64,000 bases of DNA from Balanoglossus misakiensis (Eukaryota > Animalia > Hemichordata), in assembly GCA_040954595.2 (NCBI GenBank), contig CM082586.2, positions 7,223,337-7,287,336 on the forward strand, given 5' to 3'. The notes under the pieces were generated by a model. It was not told the DNA's origin and made no database searches. It saw only the letters and a list, made by a program, of their open reading frames with translations. A program made the translations under genes and the position numbers. Shown here piece after piece: positions 36,251 through 47,853 of the stretch (the first letter of the stretch is position 1; each line of letters begins with the position of its first letter).

Positions 36251-38043
36251 TACTATGCACTGCATGCACAGTTGTACAGCATAGTTGTCCATGTGTGATC
36301 GCCTTCTGTTTTGTCAATCAGTGTAAGGCGCTTGTTTTCTTTGCAAGTCGTATAGTGCGTCATGTATAAAAAGGGTGGACTTGGCAGTGAGGGGGTCATT
36401 GAGACCATATACAGGCGTGTCAAGGTTTTCCGCGTCTACTCGTTTGATAAGCTCGAATCCGGAGCTCTCTGATTTCTAATTCCGCAATCCCATTGTCCTT
36501 TCCGACTGACTGTAACATATGTCATCAATCGATTGAAATTGGGACAGGATCGAAAGTGTTGAATGATTCTGTGGCGTTTTGGTGAATAACGTGGCCAGTT
36601 GAAGTGTATTTGCACTGAGTTTGTAGCTGGATTTTCGCTACTGACAGCACTTCCGTTTAGACATGGACAACACCCTTGGCGTGCAAGCCGAGACCAATTT
36701 CACGGCTTCATTGACATGAAAACCCCGCCGCTTGTTTGCTGTAATTGGGTATGGTAGAACAGGCCCGGTTTGTTAGCTTTGATTAGTTGCCTCGATCCAG
36801 TGGACTGGATCGGAGTCAGGCACTGACAGAACTTCACAAGCGAGGATAGCAAATCTCCACCGGATAGAAAATCTTGCACGTCCGCAGGTTCAGCTGGACT
36901 TTTCCACCACCACCAGCAGGAAGTGACACGACAGAGTGTCACATTGGACACTGTAACTGCATTTTGATACTTATCCGCGGGAACCAGATATCTAAAAGGT
37001 TATCGTTTTAGTGGCTTGTTTGGAAGCGGTTCCAAAACCACTGAGAGGTTGGCATGGCAACCCTGGACTATAAATAAATCAAATGTACCCCCATTTTCTA
37101 TTGTCTATGACAGTAAAGCGAACGGATTTTACAAAAGGCATGTACAATGTACTTCTGAAATGACACCATTTAACCACATGTTTCAGGGCAAAAGACACAC
37201 ACACTGCATGTAAGGGTCGAGTTCCATCCCCGCTGCAAACATTTCAAGAATCAAAGTCTCAATAATACAAGCAGAAACACGACGAACAGTGGCTACTGTT
37301 CCTTTTATAGTGTTGCTTTGTCTTTTTCCCTTCAAAGGATAGCATTGTGTTCCCTGTATTGTGTACATCTACACCTTGTAATCTGATACAGGAAAGAAAT
37401 GAGCTGTTTCTTTTTTGTAACTGCCTAGTTTTTTATTTTATTAAAGGAACACAGTTGGTGGCTATATGCTATAGACTAGATCTCTAGGGTCTATGCTTTA
37501 GGTTGAATAGGTTGACCCCAGTCTAGTTTCCTTCACAATTGGAATATACCGCAGGGATTTTCTGCGTTTGTGTTATTTGATCATTTTTTAGTGCCTGCAT
37601 TGCAAACATCATAATCCCCATGTACATGCATGCAATTGTAACAGTATCTCGTTTCTATTGTGCTCTCCAATAGGCAATTGGCACACTATTCACACCGACT
37701 CAGTTTGTAAAGGCAGGCGGAATTTTGTCAGTTTCAAGAGAAACAGAATGAGGTCGAAATCAGGAAACGGTTACATCGTCAGTGGGTGTGTGAGATTTTG
37801 ATATAAACAAAAAAAAATATATTTTTTAACTCGCATGACAATCTGCAGCAGTACAGGGGCTAACCAGAAACAGTTATAGTCCTCAGTCCTCATTTCTACA
37901 CAGCGGTAAATTTCAGTGAAAAAATAAGACGAAACTATTGTACATGTTTGGTACCAGGACACCAACATGACAGTGTAAATTTACCTTCATTGTGAAAAAT
38001 AGCATGTTGCGGCTCTTAAAACCAAAATATGATTTCTCAAAAG

Positions 38044-38318
38044 TTTTTTTGGGTCCCATTGGTATGTACCATGGGACCTTATGGGATCGCTTGCGTCTGT
38101 ATGTATGTATGTATGGATGGATGTATGTCTGTATGTCCGTCCACATCAAAAACTTGAAAACCGCTGCGTGTATCACCTCAATATTTGGTGTGCTGATGCA
38201 GGCTGGGCTGTAGATGAGAGTTTGTTCAAATATAGTTGATATTGCCAAAAATATGCAAATTAGTTGGAAAAATGTGAATTTGGTCAAAACTCAGTAACTC
38301 AAGAACTACTGGTCAGAT
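38044..38318 (-). mobile_element. Helentron/HINE-like element, second copy (inverted)
   Basis: T-run, hairpin gggtcccattggtatgtaccatgggacc, (GTAT/GGAT)n, and a core homologous to 32222-32490. Confidence 0.6.
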
Positions 38319-39101
38319 TGCTTTGCAAAGTGGTGTGTATTTACTTTATTGAGTTGTTTTAATTAGACAGGAACCCCCTCCTGATGAGATTTATATACAC
38401 AGCAAATTCCTGCATGATTACATAACTGGCTAAGTTTTAAAGAAGCCAGCTGTTCTATTTAGTGTATGTACAGTACATATGCCATTGGCAGCTTACTGTA
38501 TGGGTCAGTCAGTGTTTGCCCATTGAGCAAAGTTGAACTTCATTGGAGAAAAGAAGAACCACTCCCATCGTTCTTAATTTGCATGTTAACACTTTATTTT
38601 GCATTTCAATACTTGATTTAAATATGAGATAAGCCGAACAGTTTTGTCTCACTGTAGTTAAAGTTTTGGACCTAGAGATGTACATAGTTTGTGTCCATGA
38701 GTTTGTATTGGGGATGTGTTAGCACTCTGGGCACCGTACTCCTCACGGGATCTGTTAACGCAGGTCAGTGCAACACACCCCAAGCTTTTGTTTGCCTTAT
38801 TTTGCTGTGATTTGAGAGCTGTACAGTTCATCTTGTCATTCATATTCCCATCAGAACTCTGTGTCGACAGTCCAATTTTAGATTAATGTTGTTTTTACTT
38901 AGCATTTTGTATTTTGATACGAATTTATCACAGGATAGGGAAGTTGTATTTAACAGTGAGGTTGATTCCAGGTTTGAGAGAACAAACGATAATTCTCTCA
39001 TTTCTGAATAAGCCCCGAAAACTCCGCTCATTCATCGGGCACAGGTCGGAGGTCGGACAGGGGTCTGAACGTTTCCCCCAGAGTTGTTGTAAATGCTAGG
39101 G

Positions 39102-39492
39102 TAGTCTCGGTTACCAAGACCCCCCTGCTTCTTCCGTTGGACACTCCAGAAAGAGGGTCTGGGGAAAGCCCATAGACAAATCTCCGGGCAAAGATGGCCG
39201 ACTTGAGACAAAAGCGATGCATGATGGTTGCAGCCTTTAACATAAACAAAACATGCTGAGAAGTGCTGGACCTGCTGAAACTGTATAAAATGAAAAGAGA
39301 GAGGGAAGTTTGGTAAATAGTTTTCTAATATCGCCATGTCATAATATCAAATGTCATAAATGTTGACCATCATGCATTGCTTTTGTCTCAAGTCGGCCAT
39401 CTTTGCCCGGAGATTTGTCTATGGGGTTTCCCCAGACTCTCTTTCTGGAGTGTCCAACGGAAGAAGCAGGGGGGTCTGGGTAACCGAGACTA
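39102..39492. mobile_element. Foldback MITE with ~127-bp TIRs, TAG...CTA termini and GGG 3-bp TSD (Academ-like ends)
   Basis: Arms 39102-39229 and 39366-39492 are near-perfect reverse complements; ggg on both flanks; miniature relative at 62154-62234. Confidence 0.8.
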
Positions 39493-40681
39493 GGGATGAA
39501 CGTGATAGACGGTGTTACATCACTTTTTACTTTTGGGAGTCCCTGGGTCTCCTGGTGTTTAAAATGGGAGTCCTAATTTTTTCAACAACCGACATGTTCA
39601 TGCATCAAGGTGTAGTCGTGGAAACCCCGAAGAAGACGGTGCCAGAAAGTCTGCGTACGTTGGCTTCATTCAAGCATTATTGGTTATGAGTGTCAGTCAA
39701 TTCATTTGTAAATGTGTGTGATTTACTTTTCTACCAGTTGACAGTGACTATCAAAGCAAGATTTTTCTAACCCTTTCATCACCATGGTTCAGTCCATTTC
39801 CAATGTTTTCTATGGTAAGGCTGGACCTCTAAAGAGGGAACTGGGGGTGAAAATTAAGAGCTAAGGATGGATAACGATTGTTCTAAAAAGTATAATTAGT
39901 AATTAGTAATTAGTAATTTAGTCTTGTACATGTATATGTAAGTACATGTATGATTCAGATACATGTTATTGTATATAATTTAAGTTGTAGATACATACAT
40001 TTGGTAGGTCCGTCATCCTTTTTATATAAACACATTTTTTACAAATGAACTTATTGGAAATTGACATGAATCAGAGTGGAAAATGTTCAAAATCAATCAT
40101 TATTTTGTAGAACACATGGTGTGCATACCGATCTCATTAAAGGGCAGACATTTATTATCAAACCTGACAAATATCGTAGTTGAAACCAAATGCCTACAAT
40201 GAGATCCTGAGGAGAACTATGCACCCCCTTATCATCTAATTATTTTAGTTGATATATAGAGAGAGTGTATTGCATCATTGCTTTAGGGTAGAAGTCCTAA
40301 GGGCTGACTGGACCCACAGGGATTAGTCATAACATCATCATAATTGTTTTGACTAATTATACAGTACAATTGGGGGGGGGGGGCACCCTCTGTTGAGATC
40401 TTACAATTTTCTAGGGGTGACCAGTGGAGTGAAATCATACATTGTAAGTTTTGTTGCAGGACTTTACACAAATTACTTATTTATCAAAATTTCATTCAGT
40501 TTTCAAGTGTACACGTATGTTCAAATGCTTGTGCTTTCTCAAGGATACCACATGCACATGGATGTTTATGTTTACCTCTCAACTGTGTACATTGTAAGGC
40601 TTCTGTTTAAATGGCTGTAGCCTTTGATCTTCTGTCCCCTGGCTGTACTCAGTGTGCCAACCTGTGTTTTACATGTACACG

Positions 40682-40899
40682 TACTGTAAAACATGTTATT
40701 TTCGCGAGTTGAAATTTTCGCGATATCGAGAGAGGCCACTGTTTCGCGACGGCGAGTATTAATTTTCATGTTCTCGTATTTCATTCACTGCATCGTTATC
40801 TTCAAAAAAAATATGCGACTTTTTTATTTTCACGCTATTTTGGCTCTCGTGTATTTCGTGAAAATATATTTCTCGCGAAAAATAAAGTGTTTTACAGTA
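40682..40899. mobile_element. TA-MITE copy 6, orientation B
   Basis: Intact TIRs and TA flanks. Confidence 0.9.
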
Positions 40900-42016
40900 C
40901 ATGTATACACAGTGCATATGTGGTGTTTTTGCTGTGTGGATAAACACATTGATTAGTGGCTAATGGCTGCTTGTGGATGGAGAAAGTAAACAAATTCTGG
41001 GTGTGTCTTCTTAGATCAAAAGCTAGTCCTGCTTATAATGGCTGAAGCACACATTTCACATCATGTACAATGTATACAGCATTTTGTACATGTGAGAGAG
41101 CAGTGTTGACCAGCTGCGTGTAAAACACATGTATGCAAACCATGATATCAAATACATGTACATGTTGTAGAACATTTCCAAAAAAAATCATGTTTATCAT
41201 TATGGAAAACTTGTTTTATTTCATTTCTCACATATATACATGTACGTATGTATGTACATGTCAGAAAAGCAATTAAATAAGACATGTTTTCTATTTCTAT
41301 ACATAATATGTACATACGTGTACATGGTACACATGTATTTACATGTATGCACATGCTGTTGCACTGCCACATTTTTGTGATATATTTTACATTGTACAAT
41401 TTGATGAAAGATACATTTCAATCGCCTGTATTTTCATTGTTAGCTTTTAAACTGTTTACTCTTTGGTTGTAAAATTAATAAGTGACTGGAGTGAAAGTGC
41501 CCATCTTGTTCTTGAGGAATTCCTGTCTTCAGTTTAGATACGAGTGACGCTTGTGTTTGGAAGTGGGATGCTCAACTCAAGGGGGTGTGATTGTGTCTTT
41601 TGTTTTAATCACATCAAAATTGATCTGTTAATAGTGATAGAGAAAACAATGAGTTAAAATATGGGTAGTAAAATTGTCCTGAATAGGGAGAGATTTTTAT
41701 GCTCTGGGTTTTTACCCCATCTGAGAAACAATAACTCGGTACCCATTTGTAACATTTTCTTATCAACAGACCAGGCCACTAAAAGGCATTCCACTACTGT
41801 CCTATTTAACTTTTATGGTGAACCTTTCTGCTCCGAGGGGCTTTATTAGTGTTGTAAAAATCACTGTGGCTGAATAGACATGGTCCTCCCAGTCATTAGC
41901 CAAATGGAAGGCGCTTGTCAATCTTCTTGCTTGCTGTAAACGTTTTCTGTGGTACAGTATTTATTTGCACCGTGGTAGGTGTGCTGTGTTTAGTACAGGG
42001 ACTGAGTCAGTGCCTA

Positions 42017-42369
42017 TTAAAGGGACAAAGTCTCTCTCTCGCTGCCCTTTTTCCATTCATTATATTTGATACAAGACACTGTTTATATTACTCTACATGT
42101 AGATATATAGTGAATCAACGTTCGACCACACACAACTTCTATCCAACTTGTAGACACAAGTGAAAAACTTGCCGAAATGAATAATCGGTGTTTACCATTT
42201 ATTCATTTTGGCGGGGTTTTTATTCTCATATCCTACAGACGGGATGGAAGTTGTGTGTCGTTGAATGTTGATTCTCAACATATCCACATGTAGAATAACA
42301 TGAACGTTGTCTTGTATCAAACATAATTAATGGAAAAAGGTGTGCGAGAGAGAGACTTTGTCCCTTTAA
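42017..42369. mobile_element. ~350-bp TTAA-flanked MITE with AGGGACAAAGTCTCTCTC TIRs and long palindromic body (Kolobok-like ends)
   Basis: ttaa-agggacaaagtctctctc...gagagagactttgtccct-ttaa; copies at 55173-55525 and 56945-57182. Confidence 0.85.
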
Positions 42370-45300
42370 ACAATGGTAGCATTAGCTGGGCCCAGGGCGA
42401 ACACATGGCTCGCACAGGTCTAGGAGTTGAGCACACAGATTGTCTGACCAGCAATTATTTTGTCCTTACTTTTTTTTGCCTTCAAGTCGAGAGTAGATGC
42501 CACACACAATGCCGTGATTTGGTACATGCACATGAATGACCCTGTGCATTGTAAACATGTATATACATACAGTGTACTTGAATGTTGGGAAAGATGCCTT
42601 TCGGGGAGGCCATTCTGCAAAACACCACAAAGGAGTTACTCATTATTTCTGTCGTGGGAGATAACAGCTCTCCCCTTTCAAGTGCTTTCTGGTTAGGCAC
42701 AATGTACCCCATTGCAAGCAGTCTCTAAGTAACCTCAATTCTTGGCGCATTAATCCGAACTTCCATGCTAACCCATACTGTACATGTAGTTGCACTAATC
42801 TGTACTTCTTTGTCTATATACAATTACATGTATTGAAAGAGTAGAACAAACTATTGCTGTTAAACGCAGGAAAGAAAAAAAATGATCTCTTATTTTTTAA
42901 TTTTTGTTTGCTTATGTCGCATTGTGGCTTGTATCATTCTGTATGTACGAGGTGCTATATTTGCTAACCCAGACTGCCCTTGGGTTAGCCCAAAGGTAAT
43001 CTCTATTTAATACAATAAGACATCTTGCATGATAAACAAGATCACGAAGATGATAATTTATACACTGAGGAAGAAGACATTCACACAATTTTCTACTTGT
43101 AACTTGGGTGTCTAAATCAGTCTCATGCAGGAAGTAATTTTGCATACATACATGTAGTAAGCAACCCAAGATTTTGTTTTTCAATATCTGAGGTGACTTG
43201 CGTGTATTGTAGGGCAAAGGTGAGGCTGTACATCTTGCATGCAGAGTTCATGCAGTGTGTGCCTTCGGATGATTGATGCCAATGTCTGGGGAATAATTCT
43301 CATCAGACTTAGAGAATCTGAAGTAGATGTTCTTATAATTCAACCGATAGATCACAATTTGGCTGCTGTGTTATTTTTTTTTTTTGCGATGCTGCCGGTA
43401 ATCGTAATGATTTGTGGACTAGAGCTGAACGCATGTGCGGTCTATAGTATCATCTGCATCGATCAGTGATGCGTGACTCGCGGCCTACTACCGGAATTCC
43501 AAATCCCGGTCGCACGGGGAAGAGATGACGTTTGAAATTGACAGAAACGCGGCGTGTGTGACACCCGGGTCGCGGATGGCATCTCCGGAGATTAGCGTCT
43601 GCATATATGCATTGTGGCCATGTGGTAACACATCAGGCCTAATCCATGCGCCGGCCGTCCGTGTACAATATACATGTACAGAATGATGCAGTACAGTGTC
43701 CAATCACGTAATGGTTCGAGTTCAGTTCATGAGTTCGGTTCATGAGTGGACAGACTACTCGTGTCCAAATTCTAGTCTGTTTCTCAGAACTATTTTACAG
43801 TAGACTCCAACCAGCACAGTGTTTTCTGGCTGTGCAAACTTTTACCCTCTGAGCAGTTATTTATATTTTACAGAGAAGAGTATAAAGAAACTACAGGTGA
43901 CATCGGAAAAAAATGACTGAGAAAATGGCCCAAAGTTGGAGTTTAGGGCACACAGCACCATTTTTGATGAATCATGGAAACATAGACCAGAATGCACACA
44001 TGTCCAATCAGTGTGACAATTATCTGAGGACTGATGTCACCTGTGCATGTTTATTTTCTATGCGTGCAGCTGTCATGATATCGTCTGTCTTGCGGAAATT
44101 ACTTCTTTGACATATGTGTTGCATGTTTTGTTGTTTTTAAGCAGATGGGTGCGGAAGTAGGGTACCAGTAAAATGTGGTATCAATATTTGTTAGTGTTAT
44201 TGATAAATATGTATATTTCGTATGGGACATACAAAAAACGAAATTGAAAATTTCAAACAGAAGTTATTGCAGTAGATGACAAATTTAATTTTTATGCATG
44301 TACTAGTACATACACATCACCAGGGTCTATTTACTAAAAATATATTTAAACATAAACTTTTTCATTTGTTTGTTTTAGATATACTGCAATATATTTTCAC
44401 ATTTATAGCAAGCCAATCAAAAAGCATTTTTTTATGTGTATGGGGGGGGGGGGGGTCGCACATGTTGGCACCCCCTAGCATTTTGTCAAAGGGGGACCAG
44501 TGCCCCTTAAAATGATGTCACTCACATGTTGGAGATATTACATTCCCCCTCCTTGCCAGAGTGGAATCCCCCAATGCCCTCCCCAAAATGGTTTAACCCA
44601 AAACATTGAATAGGTAGTCGTCATCGTATAATAAAAGTCTGTTGAATCATTGAATTACGACATTCTGTGGTCAAATGCAGCATTGTAACAGTGCGGTAAA
44701 GATGTGCAATTTGTCAGTACAAGTGAGTAGATACCGTATGGTTGTAGATGAAATTCATTTGGAACGACCAGCATTGTTGCGTTTGTTATCAACAATTCGA
44801 ATGCTCAATATGGGCGTGTATGCCTGCAGGGTTACAGTTTCACTTGGAAAGTTTGTTCATGTACTTTCTGTTTTGGGAGTCAGTGTGTGTCCATATGGAA
44901 CATGTATGATACTGTAATTATTGAGGTGGAGTTTACCCATAGTTCTCTGGGTGTTCGGGTTCCGCGCGGCCTTTATATCAAAGAACAGTGGGTTTCTCTG
45001 TACAGATTGTCTCCACCATCCCTAAAGCTTGTTTCATGCTTACATGTAACTGTGTTTCATACAGACCTCTGTCGACACAGTGTACAGCCACTGTTACAAT
45101 GTATTGTGGATATTTCATTAAGTCAGCCGGGTTCCTCCGATTAACTTAACCAACACAGGATATTTTCTGCACTTTCTGTCGTTGTGATGGTAACCTCTGA
45201 AGTAACTGGACCAGTTCTTCTACATTCTACACGTGGATTGTAGGCAGGTAATATACATCGATCATGTGCCTTGTTGCTTCAAGTTCCGTGAGTGCAGGCA

Positions 45301-46204
45301 GTGTTAGTATTTCGTTGTGACATTTGCAAATATTTCAGGTTTCATTATCGTGTTGAGTGAAATCCACTGAAAGATTGAGAACCGCTGTGTTATTCTCAAC
45401 CTGGCTGAAGTGCATGTTCCTGGTGTATAAGTGTTTGTACTGGGCAATCCATATTGTCAAGTTTTTGTCGAATCGCTGGGAAGTGGCCATCTCATTCCGT
45501 CAATAGAAATCTCAGCACACAATCTGCCTTCACTGCTTAATAACATCCCGTGGCTCATTGCAAATAAGGGGGCCGCCTGTCACCATATTTCAAAAGGGAG
45601 CTTATTTTATGGACAACTTGTGCTAGAAATACCGCCGGTCCTTACTACAGAGCTATTAGGCGCGCACACTCCTTAAAACAGTGACCTTATTTCGTGTAAA
45701 AAGTCACTATTATGCCATTACGGATTAGACCCCGGCACTGTTTGTCCAGGCTCGTTGACAAAGCCCGGTTTGTTTAACTGTGGTGGCCCGAGTTTTAATA
45801 GTTTTTTTTTTCTTCGGGGGTGACCACTTGGGTACCACGGCCCACACAGACAGCTTGGCGTTCGATTTAGACACTGCGACAACAGCAGGACAGACATCGC
45901 GGCGTTGTGTCGGAGAAATGACATGACAGCCGTGTTGGAGTATGTACAGTGCAATCTCGGACGACAATGGAGGTATCTGAGACTCTTTCTCAAATTGTTT
46001 TCTTTCCCTCTCTGGTACTTACGCGTGTGCGTACATCATTTTGAAATCTGACATGTTTGCCGAAATGGAAGTCGTCGATCGACGATGGTGGAGGGACTGT
46101 GCTGAAGTGGACTTTTGTGAAAACTGTATTGCTGTGGTGGAGATCGAGACTGTGATGTGACCACATTCTGCCTGTACATTAACTCTGTATTACTTTTGAT
46201 CATG

Positions 46205-46404
46205 TCTTGACCTGGCTCTCATACTTACTTAGACACACTTGGCAGTCTGAGCCCCCTGTAAAATGTACCAAATCGCACTGGTTTGCACTGTATTGGTCTG
46301 AGGGTCTTGTATAGGCCCTACTGAGTAACACGCACATGGCAGTCTAACAGGCCTGGATTCTAGGAAATCAAACCTGCTTCAAATGACTTGGCAGTGTTAG
46401 GGAT
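46205..46404. mobile_element. Partial copy of the 52745-53060 element
   Basis: Shares cactggtttgcactgtattggtctgagggtcttgtataggccctactga and the ttggcag..ttaggg end. Confidence 0.7.
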
Positions 46405-47853
46405 ACGTATTCTACATTGTACATACATGTATGCGATGTGTCTTCTGCAGGTACATGTACATGTACTGACTGCTGGGTCCATGTTGAGTATGGCCTTTCA
46501 ATGCAAACGGCAAGCTGCGTTTTGTGTGTGGAAAATCTTCTCAGCAATGCATGTTGTTCAATGTATTATACACGCACAGGTATTATTGCGGTGGGAAATG
46601 AGATGTGTTCTTTGGTTTTTGTGGGTGGAATTCTAAAGCACAATGACACACACACATGTACACACCTTTATCCAAATAGTGAATGGCGATACCACTCAAT
46701 ACACGGTGCTGGGTGTATTCTTGTTGTATGACCAGGCTAATATAATAATACGTATGCTATATTTTAAGTTTCTCTTTAGTACAAGAAAGTGAATGCAACA
46801 TGTACAAACAGAATGCATTGTGGACGTCTGTTGGTCAGGCAATGTATTGAGGATGAAAGACGTTTCTTTTTCCGAGTGTTTGTTTTTGTGATGGCCTTTC
46901 AGGCCCAGTTACACACGCGGGTGGTAAAATTTCTTCTGTGTACACGACTCTTTGGAGAATAGTATCACTGTGTCTTCATGTGTTACATGTACATTGTGGT
47001 GTGTGGTTGAGGAAAAAAATCACATTTACATGTAAGTGTACATGTTAGAACTTGGAGAATGCAAATACGATCTTCAGTGTATCCATCACTCTGTATGTGT
47101 CACAGCAAGGTTTGGGTGTTTAACACTCTTAATGTGAAATGAAAGTGTATTCACACTGAAAAGTGGAAAAGCAGAAACAGCTGAGATATCAGACAGTGGA
47201 TCATGCAAAATATACACAAGAACAATGTACGTGTACTAATTACAGTTATTTCTTCATGTTGTATGATTTGCTGAAATGCAAAATGCTGAAAATATGATGT
47301 GAAACTGTGTTGTACAGAATACACTGTCCTGTTTAATCACATCATGTATGTTTACATGTATGTACATGCAGGATTCAGGGAACTATTTCAAGGCCTGCCC
47401 CCAACCACTGCTTTCACATCATCTCTCTGTGTCCCCACATGACCTCTGTCCTTTGTTTACTGACATGACCTTTGCTCTGTTTGTATGGCCATGTGTAAGC
47501 TATTACTATGAATATCCATTAAAGAAATGCGATAAATTGAGGATGGTAATTACATGTTGGTTCTTGGAGTCTCGGTGCATGTATTCTTGGCCCGAGTGTG
47601 ATAGAATTTGGCAGACATGTCTTGTATGGTAGTATGGATGAGTGGGCCTGAACAATATACAGATAATGGTGTGTACATGTACATGTACGTAACATGGGAT
47701 AAACTCACAAATTGATCTCTTTTCTCTCTAATGTTTGACAGGGCCAGATGAGAGGGTGATTCCGACTGATTTTGAAGATAGAAGAACAAAGAATGTCTCT
47801 CAACGTGCGCTTGTGCCATCTGTACTTTGCGGTCAACTCAGGATGAGATACGC

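Noticed and set aside
39032-39689. Mirror-image ORFs sharing MHxFCLKSAIFARRFVYG (and similar pairs at 32309/37992)
   Set aside because: Artefacts of translating inverted repeats or repeat copies.
36300-47700. Hidden gene or autonomous transposon in the 12-kb gap
   Set aside because: No ORF with transposase, reverse transcriptase or other recognisable motifs; only MITEs and TACATG/TGTACA-rich low-complexity sequence were seen.
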